Virus record (IMG/VR): IMGVR_UViG_3300034021_000300
Span: 30,186 to 94,185 of that record
Source of the DNA: a virus
Lineage: Duplodnaviria > Caudoviricetes
Direction: 5' to 3' (one strand)
Length of the DNA: 64,000 bases
Shown here: in pieces, positions 27,045 to 38,004 of the stretch
Position numbering within the stretch: the stretch's first letter is position 1
How the letters are laid out: the number at the start of each line of letters is the position of its first letter
Made by a program: the position numbers and the translations under genes
The notes under the pieces: model-generated
The model's database searches: none
The model's input: only the letters and a program-made list of their open reading frames with translations
Told to the model about the DNA's origin: nothing

Positions 27045-28190
27045 ATGGAAATAGAAAATTTAGAAGTTATTCCTTTTGACCAGATTGGTAAAGAACCAGA
27101 AGTAAAAAAGGAAAAAACAGCAGCAGAAGAAGAACCAAAGAAAACTGAAGTAACATCAGATGATGGTCTTATTGCTTTTGATGACTTAATGAAGCCATCA
27201 GATGAACCTGTGGAAGGTAAAGAAGCTCCAAAGAAAGTAGAAGAAAATACTAATGTACTTTCTAAAACCCTTAAAGCTCTTTACGAGAAAGAAGGATTAG
27301 AGTTTAATGAAGAAGAGTTTGATGGTACTATAGAAAGTTATCTTTCGCTGCAAGAAGATTTATCTGACAGAAAAGCACAAGTAAAACTAGACTCTCATAT
27401 ACAGAACAATCTTAACCCTCTTAATAAGAAGTTCATTGAGTTAGTTGATAGTGGTGTAGCAGTTGAAGATGCAGCAGATTTAATGAAATCTCTGAAGACT
27501 ATCTCACAAATTAACAAAAATGATATTGCTTCAGATTTAGAGTTAGCTGAAAAGATACAAAAAGAATACTTGCGTAATACAACTAACTTTCCTCCTGATA
27601 AAATAGACAGGGAAATTAAGAAGTCTAAAGAGGCAGGTGTATTAATGGAAGAAGCTGAATCTAACTATGATGAGTTAGTTGAAGCAGTAAATAATTACGA
27701 AGCACAGCTAAAACAAGAAGTAGCTAGACAAAGCCAATACCAACAAGCTCAAGCACAAAAGCAACTACAGGACTTACAAGACTTTATTGAAAGTACTGAA
27801 GAAATTGGTGGCATAAAGTTATCTAAGAAACTTAAAGAATCTTGGACTAAGGAATACCAAACAGTGGAAGCTAATGGTCAGAAAGTAAATCCAATATTTG
27901 CTACCCGCCAAAAAGATGAAGCTAAGTTTGATGCTCTTTTACGTTTCTATCATACCATTGGTTTATTTAAATATGACACTCGCAAAAAGGATTTTATTCC
28001 TGATTTAAGTGTTCTTAAAAATGTAGGTAAAGCTGATGTAATAAAAGAACTTGAAGCAGCTATAACTAATAACAACCAGAAAAGCATAAACAAATCATTT
28101 GGTACTACCTCTACAGATACTATGGAACAGGTAATAAATGATGGGTATGCCAAACTAGCAGAAGCAGTAAAAAACAAAAAAATAAAATAA
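27045..28190 (+). CDS. putative scaffolding protein
   Basis: acidic and helical; immediately upstream of the MCP. Confidence 0.65.
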   Translation: MEIENLEVIPFDQIGKEPEVKKEKTAAEEEPKKTEVTSDDGLIAFDDLMKPSDEPVEGKEAPKKVEENTNVLSKTLKALYEKEGLEFNEEEFDGTIESYLSLQEDLSDRKAQVKLDSHIQNNLNPLNKKFIELVDSGVAVEDAADLMKSLKTISQINKNDIASDLELAEKIQKEYLRNTTNFPPDKIDREIKKSKEAGVLMEEAESNYDELVEAVNNYEAQLKQEVARQSQYQQAQAQKQLQDLQDFIESTEEIGGIKLSKKLKESWTKEYQTVEANGQKVNPIFATRQKDEAKFDALLRFYHTIGLFKYDTRKKDFIPDLSVLKNVGKADVIKELEAAITNNNQKSINKSFGTTSTDTMEQVINDGYAKLAEAVKNKKIK

Positions 28191-28214
28191 CAACTAAAAA
28201 ACAAATAATTTAAA

Positions 28215-29738
28215 ATGATTGAAAATTTTGGAACCCTCTCAAAACTAGGCCCTAAAAGTTACATTGGGCCTTTGAAAGTACCTCACTTGGGTGAACTAGG
28301 TGAGAAATTTGGCTACGATGTAGAAAAAATGGTCTATCGCAGATTGTTTCAATATCTACCTGCTGATGATTATATCGCATTTATGCGTGAATTTCCAGTA
28401 CATGCCTTAGACACTAGCAATGATTATTTCTTCTGGCGTCTTGGTGGTACTAATCAAAAGGTAGTAACTCTACTTGACTGGTCTGACTTAGCAGGTGCTA
28501 AACCTTCTAAAGTAGGTCAAAATGGTGCTCAATGGTATATGTACTTTGCTGAGCCTCTATTTAAAATTGGTGATGTAGTTCTTGGTGATACACCTCTTGA
28601 CTACAATATCATTGTTAAAGATTTTACAGAGGTTTCTAAAGATAAATATGAGTACCGTGTAGAACTTATTAATCAAGGTTCTCCTCTAATGTCTGTACCT
28701 GATTCAGAATTAACTGTAGGTTCAAACTGGTCTAAAGGCTGGCAATTGTCTCCTAACGAGCGTTCTTACCAAGGTACTGATTTTTATATGAATACCTTTG
28801 TTGAGCTTAAAGCCCCTACTTCATTGCACCGTATGCAATACAAAGTAGATGGTAACATGATTGAGCAAAACAAACCTATGCCTTTTGGTATGGTATTTAA
28901 AGATGATGCAGGTGCTAAAATTTCTGTAGGTGCTTATGTAAACTACTTTGATGCTCTTGCTATCCATCAGTTTGAAATGCAAGCTGCTCGTGCTTTCATT
29001 CTTTCTCAAAAGAACTATGATAGCTCTGATATGGTTTATAACATTGATGATAAAAACAAATGTGTTATTAAATCATTCCCAGGTTTCTTCAAACAAATTG
29101 CTGCAACAAACACTATTCCTCAAAACTCTATTAACTTAGACCAAATAGTTGACATTGCACAAGACTTGAACTTGGCTTACAAATATGATGAGCAACTTTA
29201 CCTAGTAATTGAAACAGGTTACTATGGTTACCAAGAAGCTTCTAAATGGTTAGAAAACCGTTCAACTACTTACACTCCTAACTGGACTTTACATCGCATT
29301 CAAGAGAATGGTGATATGGGTGGTCAAGGTTTAACTTACCAAGGTGTATTTACTCGTTTCCGTTCTTACAATGGTGTAAACATTGAAATACGTTTCCGTA
29401 AGTTCTTTGATGATCCTGAATTGTGGAAACAAAAAGATCCTTCAGGCTTAGGTCTAGTATCTTCTCGCCACATGTTAATCCGTTCAGGTGTTAAAGCTGA
29501 TGGTCAATTCCTAGGTGATAGTGGTATTAAACGTCTATCTGTGAAAGCTTACGAAGATGGTATCTTCCGTTACATTCCAGGTATGCGTAACCCATTCTCT
29601 CCAGGTGGTACAGGTTGGGCAGGTAAATCTTCTACAGTATCTCCTGAAGATGCTTATGAAGTACATGGTATGATGTATAATGGTTGCGTTATAGAAGACC
29701 CAACTAAAATACTATTCTTGCCACGTAACGTAGCTTAA
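28215..29738 (+). CDS. major capsid protein
   Basis: 507 aa, strongly biased codons, crAss synteny, C-terminal YIPGMRNPF...IEDPTK. Confidence 0.85.
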   Translation: MIENFGTLSKLGPKSYIGPLKVPHLGELGEKFGYDVEKMVYRRLFQYLPADDYIAFMREFPVHALDTSNDYFFWRLGGTNQKVVTLLDWSDLAGAKPSKVGQNGAQWYMYFAEPLFKIGDVVLGDTPLDYNIIVKDFTEVSKDKYEYRVELINQGSPLMSVPDSELTVGSNWSKGWQLSPNERSYQGTDFYMNTFVELKAPTSLHRMQYKVDGNMIEQNKPMPFGMVFKDDAGAKISVGAYVNYFDALAIHQFEMQAARAFILSQKNYDSSDMVYNIDDKNKCVIKSFPGFFKQIAATNTIPQNSINLDQIVDIAQDLNLAYKYDEQLYLVIETGYYGYQEASKWLENRSTTYTPNWTLHRIQENGDMGGQGLTYQGVFTRFRSYNGVNIEIRFRKFFDDPELWKQKDPSGLGLVSSRHMLIRSGVKADGQFLGDSGIKRLSVKAYEDGIFRYIPGMRNPFSPGGTGWAGKSSTVSPEDAYEVHGMMYNGCVIEDPTKILFLPRNVA

Positions 29739-29750
29739 ATTTAATTAAAC

Positions 29751-29797
29751 ATTTTGGGGCTAGTATAAATTTCGTATATTAGCCCCAAAATTATTTT
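29751..29797 (+). terminator. hairpin terminator overlapping a sigma70-type promoter
   Basis: attttggggcta-gtata/tatat-tagccccaaaat inverted repeat containing TTTG...CGTATATTAG. Confidence 0.7.
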
Positions 29798-29798
29798 T

Positions 29799-30776
29799 AT
29801 GGAAAAAGAAACAAAAACAAAATCAGCTCCTGCTGATAAAACGGAAGGCATGTCATTTGAACAGATTGTTGCAAATGGTCTTCACCCGTACCTTAAGCCT
29901 AAGAAGCTTAAAATTAAAGCTATCAATTCCTTGAAATTTGAAGGTCAGACTATTTCTGAACTACCTCAAGGTTTTATGATGGACAATCAAACGTATAAAC
30001 TTGATTTACCTATTGACGGTAAAACAGGTCAATTAGTAAAAGTATTTGATACTACTACTAAGCAATTTGTACCTGAATACAATCAGGAAATGACTGAACT
30101 AGAGTTCTTTTCAAAAGAAAAGAATATGGATTTAGCTACAAATGCAAAGAACAATAACTTTTGGAAAGCTTATACAGACCCTGTTACTCGTGATTCACAA
30201 AGGGCTTTTACTCTAGACATTCCTAAGAATGGTATAGAACTAGACCTAACACGTGTAGAAGATTGTCTTAAAGCTAAGATTGCTTATGCAAACAGAAAGT
30301 ATATTGCACCAAATTGGGAAGATAGGTTTGATCGTCCTACTTATAAGTTTGCCATAGTTGATGAAAATCGTCAATTTGACAACAAGAAAGAATTGCTTGA
30401 TAAACGTACTAAAGCAATACAGTTATATGCAACAGAATATGTAGGCCAAGAAAATAAACTACGTAATTTTATTGTTGTACATAACCCGCTTAAGAAACTT
30501 AACAAAGCAACCTCTTTAGCTACACTAGAAACTTATGTAGGAGAACTGGCAACAGAAAAACCTGATGAGTTCTTTAATGTACATAAAGATCCTTTCTTCT
30601 TACTAAAGACTAAGATTTATAAAGCTATTGAAGTTGGTTACATTCTGTATGCAACTAAAACTACCTACAAAACAGTTAATGATGAGCCACTAGGTACTAT
30701 CATGGACATTATAGGTAAATGCAAAGAAGATGTAAACTTCCTTAATAGAATTGAAAAAGAAATACAAGATAAGTAG
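29799..30776 (+). CDS. conserved crAss-like protein downstream of the MCP
   Basis: synteny; NNFW...LDL....D...IAP.W.DR..RPTYKF. Confidence 0.7.
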   Translation: MEKETKTKSAPADKTEGMSFEQIVANGLHPYLKPKKLKIKAINSLKFEGQTISELPQGFMMDNQTYKLDLPIDGKTGQLVKVFDTTTKQFVPEYNQEMTELEFFSKEKNMDLATNAKNNNFWKAYTDPVTRDSQRAFTLDIPKNGIELDLTRVEDCLKAKIAYANRKYIAPNWEDRFDRPTYKFAIVDENRQFDNKKELLDKRTKAIQLYATEYVGQENKLRNFIVVHNPLKKLNKATSLATLETYVGELATEKPDEFFNVHKDPFFLLKTKIYKAIEVGYILYATKTTYKTVNDEPLGTIMDIIGKCKEDVNFLNRIEKEIQDK

Positions 30777-30779
30777 AGC

Positions 30780-31613
30780 ATGACAGCAAACGAGTGGAGA
30801 GATATTTTTGTAGTTGAATACGAAAAGATAACATCTAATGGAGCACCAGACATTGAGGATGCACAGTTATCCATTCTCTTCACCAACGCTCAGTTGCACT
30901 TTGTTCAAACTCGCATAAGCACACTCAATCTAAAGAAAGAAGGCTTAGAGGAAACAGAGGTAAGAATGCAGGGGTTATCAGGGTTAATAACTGATTCTGA
31001 TGACCCCTTTAATTCTATAGGCACTACAACAGTATCTTCAGAACAACAAGGTGTATTTTCTAATTACAATTTGCAAGGAACATTCTGGGATTTACCTCAG
31101 AACTTTATGTATGCCATATATGAAGATGTAACTATTGATAAAATAGATTGCTCAACAAATGATTATGGAATACTAACTGTAGATGTAGTAAGGCATGATG
31201 AGATAAAAAGAAACTCTGTAAATCCTTTTAAAAGACCTTATTGGAATGGTAATGAAGGTACAGCATGGAGAGTAGCCTATCAAAGGAATGACTCAGCATA
31301 TGGAGCTTCTACAACTACCAACCCAACTTACGATCCATTAGTAACAGATGGTTATTCATTCCTTGTAGGACAAACTCCAAAGAGGCATGAACTAATTACT
31401 AATGGACAATTTACTATTACTGATTACAAACTTAGGTTTCTAAAGATACCTAAACAAATAGTTGTAGATATTACCAATCCTACACTACAAAGAAATTGTG
31501 AGCTAGATTATTCTACTCACTTGGCAATAATTGGTATTGCAGTTGATATGGCTAAAGAAGCCTTGAATCAACCAAATACACAAATTATTCCAAATATGCA
31601 ACAAGTTGAATAA
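30780..31613 (+). CDS. tail ring / head-tail adaptor protein
   Basis: synteny; NPFKRP and CELD...H..I...AV motifs. Confidence 0.7.
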   Translation: MTANEWRDIFVVEYEKITSNGAPDIEDAQLSILFTNAQLHFVQTRISTLNLKKEGLEETEVRMQGLSGLITDSDDPFNSIGTTTVSSEQQGVFSNYNLQGTFWDLPQNFMYAIYEDVTIDKIDCSTNDYGILTVDVVRHDEIKRNSVNPFKRPYWNGNEGTAWRVAYQRNDSAYGASTTTNPTYDPLVTDGYSFLVGQTPKRHELITNGQFTITDYKLRFLKIPKQIVVDITNPTLQRNCELDYSTHLAIIGIAVDMAKEALNQPNTQIIPNMQQVE

Positions 31614-31645
31614 TTTTAAGTATAAAGGCTAAAACAAAACAAACA

Positions 31646-32356
31646 ATGAGCGTAACAATTACAGCCCAAGAAATAACAAGAGCAAATAACCCACAACCAC
31701 TAGGTCAAACAGAATCTGGTATTGTGCGTGCAAATGTTTATAATGATGTAGTAACAGACTTAAATACTCTAGCTACAGCCATAGATACTCTTTCACCTTC
31801 AGGTGGAGATTTAGTAGCAACTGATATAACCTTAGATGATGGTACAGTATCAGACCTAGCCATAAAAATAGGTGCAGATTTAAACAACGGTATATACGGT
31901 GTATCTGATACACAATTAGGTATTGCAGTTGAAGGAACACTAGTAGCAGGTGCTAACACCTCTGGTCTATTCACAAGTAACATTGCAGAACAAATTGTTA
32001 CAGTAGGTGTAACAGTAGATGGTCTTTTAATTAAAGATGGTGGTTTTCTAACTACTAAATCTAATGTAACTCAAGGTACTTCTAAAACTACAACTGTAGT
32101 TACTTCTGCTAACGCAGGTACAATAACTACTGTTGCTTTATCTGATGCTGCTGCTGGAACATTTAACTTTACAGTAACTAACCCCCTAGCTTTAGCTGAC
32201 TCAAACATTCAACTTACTGTAAATATGAATGGTTCAACAGGTATAGCTTATGTAACCCATACAAAAGGTGCTGGTAGTTTTGTAATTACTGTAACTAACA
32301 TAGCTACTGTAGCTGCTTTTAATGCAGCCATTAAAATTGATTACTTAATTTCATAA
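31646..32356 (+). CDS. virion structural protein (head fibre/decoration-like)
   Basis: T/V/A/G-rich beta sequence in the structural operon. Confidence 0.55.
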   Translation: MSVTITAQEITRANNPQPLGQTESGIVRANVYNDVVTDLNTLATAIDTLSPSGGDLVATDITLDDGTVSDLAIKIGADLNNGIYGVSDTQLGIAVEGTLVAGANTSGLFTSNIAEQIVTVGVTVDGLLIKDGGFLTTKSNVTQGTSKTTTVVTSANAGTITTVALSDAAAGTFNFTVTNPLALADSNIQLTVNMNGSTGIAYVTHTKGAGSFVITVTNIATVAAFNAAIKIDYLIS

Positions 32357-32372
32357 CTAAAAATACAAAAAA

Positions 32373-32783
32373 ATGAAAACTTTTTCAAGAACAATTGAAT
32401 TAACAGAAGCCCAGATAGAAGGGCTAAACACAGGTTCTCCTGTACCTTTGACTTTACTAAGTGCTCCTCCAACAGGTAAAGCATTTGTAGTAACAGGTGC
32501 TCAACTTTGGAAAACAGCAGGTAATGCTGCAACAGTAGGCACAGGTGAAATTATTATATCTTATGGTAGTGATACTAATGGTGTAATGCAATTCTCTAAC
32601 GTAGATGCTTCTACAGGTGCTCTAGGTAACAATGCTCAAGACCGTATTCAAATAGCTTCTCATTTAAGTAATGCTGTAGCTGCTAATGGTGAAACAGTAT
32701 CTATTTCAGCTAATGCGGCTATTGCTTGTGCAACAGGTACTACAGCTAAAATTAAACTAGACTGCCAACTAATTGACTTATAA
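32373..32783 (+). CDS. virion structural protein
   Basis: beta-rich; in the structural operon. Confidence 0.55.
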   Translation: MKTFSRTIELTEAQIEGLNTGSPVPLTLLSAPPTGKAFVVTGAQLWKTAGNAATVGTGEIIISYGSDTNGVMQFSNVDASTGALGNNAQDRIQIASHLSNAVAANGETVSISANAAIACATGTTAKIKLDCQLIDL

Positions 32784-32807
32784 TTAAAAATATAAAAAAT
32801 ATAAAAA

Positions 32808-34145
32808 ATGAAATCACAAAGTGTAATTAAAGACCAATTCAGGCTAATTGTAGCAAAAGACATTGCTCGTACAGCAACAGTTGGTGCTCTAGCCTCTCCA
32901 ACATCAGTAGCTGATGGTGAAGTAGTAGTAACAGATGCAGGTAATGTAATCTTAGATGATGTTACAGTGCTTCTTGCAGATCGTATTAAAATTGTACAAG
33001 GTCGTGGTGCTTCTAAACCTCTATTTGAAACAGCTACTTTTACAGCAACTGAAATTTATCAGTACAAAGCTCAAGCTTTTGAAGATGCTCAACAACAAGT
33101 AACTTATTTAGGTTATGATGCAGTAGCTAACACAGGTTCAGTAGAAGTATTGAACAACAATGCTTATGCAATGACTATTACCTTCCAAGAAATTACTGTT
33201 CCTGGTTTGCAAGGTTCTTATGTTCCTGTATCAGTATGGTATCAATCAGATGCTACAGCTACTCAAGTAAAAGTAGTAAATGGTTTGTACAACAACCTTA
33301 TTAGGCAACTAGCCTTCTTTAACCTTCCTGTAATTCTTGCAGAACGTGTATCTAGCGCAGCTTCTGCTGCTATAACTGGCGCTCCTACTTCTTACACCTT
33401 TAGCCAAGGCTCAAAAACTGTAACTTATGTAGGTACTGACCCTTCTAACACACCAGTAGGTTCTTACCTACGTGTAGCAGTTGATGGTACTCCTTCAGTT
33501 AATGACCCTGTTTATCGTGTAGATGCTTTAGCAACAGGCACTAATACTGTAACTCTAGATTTTCCTTGGCAAGGTGCTGATGTTACTCTTTTAGTAGCAG
33601 ATGTAGAGGTTATTACAGCGGTAGCTCTTGCAGCAGGTGATATGGGTATCAAACTAACAGGTATTGAACAACCATTTGTACTTGACTCACGTCCAGTAGA
33701 CAAAGTTCAATTCAATGTAGGTATTTCTAACTCACAAGGTGCAGCAAGCTCAACTACTGTAAGTACTACAGCAATTGCAACTTATGGTCATGGTACTTAT
33801 GCTCTTATTACTACTCAACAAGCTGATAGCTCTCGTAATGCAGGTGATTTCTATGGTTATGCAATATACCCATACGACAAGCCTCTTACTACTACAGTAA
33901 CAGGACAAGATTACTCAACAATAAATATTGGTACTAGAGTTGCTCGTGGTACTAATGGTGAGTTAACTCCTAACTTCTTTGTAGCTAACATTGAGATTGC
34001 TTGTGCTTTAGATGGTAACGTAGCTAATACTTTTGATACTAACATTTTAGGAGATCCTACTAGCGTAGTAGATGTGTTAAATGCGTTTGTACCTGCTAAT
34101 TTTGTACAAATTACTAACAACCCAGTTGACCCTAACCATATATAA
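32808..34145 (+). CDS. abundant structural protein (auxiliary capsid-like)
   Basis: biased codons like the MCP; crAss synteny. Confidence 0.6.
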   Translation: MKSQSVIKDQFRLIVAKDIARTATVGALASPTSVADGEVVVTDAGNVILDDVTVLLADRIKIVQGRGASKPLFETATFTATEIYQYKAQAFEDAQQQVTYLGYDAVANTGSVEVLNNNAYAMTITFQEITVPGLQGSYVPVSVWYQSDATATQVKVVNGLYNNLIRQLAFFNLPVILAERVSSAASAAITGAPTSYTFSQGSKTVTYVGTDPSNTPVGSYLRVAVDGTPSVNDPVYRVDALATGTNTVTLDFPWQGADVTLLVADVEVITAVALAAGDMGIKLTGIEQPFVLDSRPVDKVQFNVGISNSQGAASSTTVSTTAIATYGHGTYALITTQQADSSRNAGDFYGYAIYPYDKPLTTTVTGQDYSTINIGTRVARGTNGELTPNFFVANIEIACALDGNVANTFDTNILGDPTSVVDVLNAFVPANFVQITNNPVDPNHI

Positions 34146-34732
34146 TGGCATATACTCCAAGCCTGAGTATATGTGAAAAGAATCACTGCTCAGACGTACT
34201 TCTGACTGATTCAAGAGGTTTGTATGATTCTACCCTCAATCCAGATGGATGGAATGGGGGTAGTAATCCTACCAACTCAACTATTACTTCTGCTACAGTA
34301 AGTGTATTATTACCTAATACAACTACTGCTGTAGATTTAGATGTAACTGCTTCAGTTACTTCTGCAACTATATTAAACTATCAAAGTATATTTAATTTAG
34401 GCACATACAGTGCTACTGACTTAGGTACTACAGGTAAACTACCTGATGGTATTTATACTTTTACTTATACTATAGTAGATGGTAGTGATACATACACTTC
34501 ATCTTATAAAACGTATTTATTTTGTCAAACACGTTGTTGTGTAGACAAATTGTTAGCAGAAATTCCTAACAGAATGACTGACCTAACATTTATTAATAAT
34601 GTAGAACAGGCTAATGCCTTTTTACTATCTGCTTCTAAATCTGCCTTCTCTTGTGGAAAGTTTACAGAAACTCAAAAACTTGTGGAACAAGCTAAAAAGA
34701 TTTGTAATTTTTATAATAAAACTTGCTGCTAA
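34145..34732 (+). CDS. tail hub-like protein
   Basis: LPDGIYTFTY motif; Cys-rich C-terminus. Confidence 0.6.
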   Translation: MAYTPSLSICEKNHCSDVLLTDSRGLYDSTLNPDGWNGGSNPTNSTITSATVSVLLPNTTTAVDLDVTASVTSATILNYQSIFNLGTYSATDLGTTGKLPDGIYTFTYTIVDGSDTYTSSYKTYLFCQTRCCVDKLLAEIPNRMTDLTFINNVEQANAFLLSASKSAFSCGKFTETQKLVEQAKKICNFYNKTCC

Positions 34733-35568
34733 TGTGTACAGGAAATTGCAATTGTTCGTGTGACCAAGTAACTATACCTTCTATAGTAGGCCCAAATGGA
34801 GTAAATGGATTAAATGCCTTTACTACTACTACTGCACAGTTTATTGTACCTGCAATAGGGGCTAATGTAACTTTAGCAGTATCTAATAGTAATCCTTCTA
34901 CAGGTTCTTGGGCAGTACCAGGCCAATCAATATATATTGAAAATGCAGGTTATTATACTGTAGTTAGTTCAACTACTACATCGATAGTAGTTACTAATAC
35001 AGGTACAACAGGTAATACAGCTCCAGGTACAACAGTTGCAAGTGGACAACAAGTATCTCCCGCAGGAGTTGCTTCACCACAAAGTGGGACAGTAATTTAT
35101 GACTATTTTGGAGAAACAGCTGGTACAGGTTCTTGGCAGCTATTTAATGGTGTACAACAATCATTAGATTATATTAAATTTGCACTATCAACAAACCAAG
35201 ATGAGCTAAATATAAAAGCTTTTATCTATACACCAATAACAATAAATCCTACAACTGCATTTAGATTTAGAATAGATGGTTCTGTAATATTTACGACTAC
35301 CCCTATTAACTACTCCCCTCTCTGTAGGATTACATTTGATATTACTTTAAACAGAGTCTCAAGTACAGGCTTTACTATTATAGCTAAACAATATGTTACT
35401 TCAGGTAAAGGTCAGACAACAGTATATGATTACTCTAAAACAAACGTACAGTCTATTTCTGATTTAGATAATCCAGGTACTTACCCACTTACTTTTGATT
35501 TTCAAGTAGACTCTGACGTAAACAATACATTGGTTTGGCAATCATTAACATCTAATAAAAAACTATAA
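34732..35568 (+). CDS. tail fibre/hub-associated protein
   Basis: TAATG start; MCTGNCNCSC N-terminus, short GPNGVNGLN collagen-like stretch. Confidence 0.6.
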   Translation: MCTGNCNCSCDQVTIPSIVGPNGVNGLNAFTTTTAQFIVPAIGANVTLAVSNSNPSTGSWAVPGQSIYIENAGYYTVVSSTTTSIVVTNTGTTGNTAPGTTVASGQQVSPAGVASPQSGTVIYDYFGETAGTGSWQLFNGVQQSLDYIKFALSTNQDELNIKAFIYTPITINPTTAFRFRIDGSVIFTTTPINYSPLCRITFDITLNRVSSTGFTIIAKQYVTSGKGQTTVYDYSKTNVQSISDLDNPGTYPLTFDFQVDSDVNNTLVWQSLTSNKKL

Positions 35569-37112
35569 TGGCACAGGATTTAAATACATTATATACTCAA
35601 ATTACTCTTACAGGTGCTACTACAACATTAGACATAGATGATTTATATAACTGTTATGTATTTTATAATACAGGTTCTTTATCAGCTAACTATACAATAG
35701 CTCCTTCAGCTTCTGCTACTTCTAATTTAAGCTTTAGCTTGATAAAAACAGGTGCAATAGATTTAGGTGGATTTGACTTTACTATTTTTGGAAGAACATT
35801 AACTCAACAAGAAGCTAATAGTGATTTACTTATAAACATAGTATATGATACAATAGCTTCTGCTTGGGTAGTAACCCTTGTAGTAGACAATACTAATCTA
35901 CCTTCAATATACGAAGGTATAGAAAGTCAAGCTACCCCTACTAGTGGCACAATTACCTTCAATGCTAACATAAATAAAAAATGGCAGCAATTTACAGGTT
36001 CTCAAACACTTATAGGTAACTTAACTATTACAGCAACAGCTACAACAGCAGGACAGGAATTTTGGATTGTGTGGAACTCTGTTACAGATTTAAACAGTAA
36101 TACCCTCTCTATATTTGGAATTACCATAGATGCAGGTGATGCTTTGTCAGGTAATTTTACAGTAGTAGCTAAATGGAATGGTTCTACTTGGGATGCTCAA
36201 TTCTTAAATAGCCAACCAGGATTGTGGGAATCAACAGGTGTAAAATCTGTAAAGAAATTAGGTGCTCCCTCTACTTCTAGTGGAGATTTTAACACTGATT
36301 TAGGTAATAATAATACTCTAACAGGTAATTACATATTAGCTTCAGGCGATAACAATAGTGTTACAGCAGATTATTCTACGGGAGTAGGTCTTAACAATAC
36401 AGTAAGTAGTATTTACTCTACTGCAATAGGGGTTAATAATACAGCAACTGCTACTGTTTCTACATCTATAGGTATTGATAATCAGGCTACAGCGGATTAT
36501 TCTATTGCAATGGGATTTAACAACATAGCTTCAGGAACAGCTTCTACCGCAATAGGTGCTGATAATATTGCTTCGCAATATTATACACTAGCAACAGGTG
36601 CTTCAGCAAATGCTTTTAGAGCAGGTTCTAGCGCACACAGTTCTAGTAATTTTGGAGGTTCAGCAACGGATACAACAGCACAAAACTCTATAGTACAATG
36701 TTTAATAATAACTACTGATGCTACTAAAACTACATTACTATTAGATGGATTAGCAGGTTTTATTTCAATAGCCCCTAATTCAGTAGCTAATTGCTATGTT
36801 AAAGTAACAGGAGTACAACAAGGTGGAATTAGTGGTACTGTAGGAGATGTAGCTACATTCGATGCTTGGTGTACAATAAAGAATATTTCAGGAACTGTTT
36901 CTTTAGTAGATTCTCCTTTATATATGGATAATACAGGAGCTATAACTACTTCTAGTGTTGTTAGAGGGTCTGATGCAGCAGCATCTACTTGGGCTTTAGA
37001 TTTAACTCCTGATAGTACTAATGATGCTTTACTAGTACAAGTAACAGGACAAGCTAATAAAACTATTTACTGGCATGCTACTGTATACATAGATGAAATA
37101 AAATACGCATAA
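35568..37112 (+). CDS. tail fibre with YadA-head-like 14-aa repeats
   Basis: STAIGVNNTATATV / STSIGIDNQATADY / SIAMGFNNIASGTA / STAIGADNIASQYY. Confidence 0.75.
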   Translation: MAQDLNTLYTQITLTGATTTLDIDDLYNCYVFYNTGSLSANYTIAPSASATSNLSFSLIKTGAIDLGGFDFTIFGRTLTQQEANSDLLINIVYDTIASAWVVTLVVDNTNLPSIYEGIESQATPTSGTITFNANINKKWQQFTGSQTLIGNLTITATATTAGQEFWIVWNSVTDLNSNTLSIFGITIDAGDALSGNFTVVAKWNGSTWDAQFLNSQPGLWESTGVKSVKKLGAPSTSSGDFNTDLGNNNTLTGNYILASGDNNSVTADYSTGVGLNNTVSSIYSTAIGVNNTATATVSTSIGIDNQATADYSIAMGFNNIASGTASTAIGADNIASQYYTLATGASANAFRAGSSAHSSSNFGGSATDTTAQNSIVQCLIITTDATKTTLLLDGLAGFISIAPNSVANCYVKVTGVQQGGISGTVGDVATFDAWCTIKNISGTVSLVDSPLYMDNTGAITTSSVVRGSDAAASTWALDLTPDSTNDALLVQVTGQANKTIYWHATVYIDEIKYA

Positions 37113-37681
37113 TGACCACTACTTGTAAAAATATACATATCAATGACATCCAATGTAAGTTTGCTGATTTAGCATACAAACAATCACAGGCATTGTCTAT
37201 TGGTAGAACATGTTTAGAGAGGGTTACAGCAATGAGAATAGTTGCTAGTTATCTTCCTTTACTTTATTGTTACAAGACATTTAACGCTACAGTTACATAC
37301 GCATATAACTTTATTTTTACAAAGAACAATGATGATGCAGTAACTATAGATATTACTATAGGTACAGAAACATTTTCATATAGTGGTACAGGCCAAAGAT
37401 TTGAAATAACAAATTACTTTTTACAAGATATACTAGCAAATACTACTTATGCGTTTGAAGGATTTACCCACCAAGGAGCATTGTATATTTATAGTTACGA
37501 TACTTCTCTTGGTTTTGGTACTACTACAACTGTAACAGAATCTGAAGATATTACTGTAACTACAAATATGGAAGATTCGTATGAACATATATTAGATATA
37601 TGGAATTGCATAACGCAAGAACAAGTATGTGCAATTATTAATCACGCTAAAAAACTAACAGGAGAATGCAATTGCAGCTAG
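37112..37681 (+). CDS. tail hub-like protein, Cys-rich
   Basis: C-terminal NCITQEQVCAII...GECNCS. Confidence 0.55.
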   Translation: MTTTCKNIHINDIQCKFADLAYKQSQALSIGRTCLERVTAMRIVASYLPLLYCYKTFNATVTYAYNFIFTKNNDDAVTIDITIGTETFSYSGTGQRFEITNYFLQDILANTTYAFEGFTHQGALYIYSYDTSLGFGTTTTVTESEDITVTTNMEDSYEHILDIWNCITQEQVCAIINHAKKLTGECNCS

Positions 37682-38004
37682 GAGGTAACTCACAAGGATT
37701 AGTATCACTAATCACACTACTAGGTAAACAACTAGTACCAACATTATATAAATCTTTAACAGTAACAGGAACAGCAAAAAGCTTACCTGATATACCTGAA
37801 GGAGCTGTAGCAGCTCATATTACTGTAGAAACAGGTGTAACACTTAGATACACTTTAGATGGAACTACAGCAACTACAACTGTAGGACATTTATTGGCTA
37901 ATGCTCAAATACTAGAAATAGTAGGTTCAGTAGCAATATCTAAGTTTTCAATAATTGAAGTTACAGGTGGTACAAGTTCAATCAAAATAACTTATTACGT
38001 ATAA
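37666..38004 (+). CDS. small virion beta-sandwich protein
   Basis: LRYTLDGTTATTTVGHLL motif. Confidence 0.55.
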   Translation: MQLQLGGNSQGLVSLITLLGKQLVPTLYKSLTVTGTAKSLPDIPEGAVAAHITVETGVTLRYTLDGTTATTTVGHLLANAQILEIVGSVAISKFSIIEVTGGTSSIKITYYV

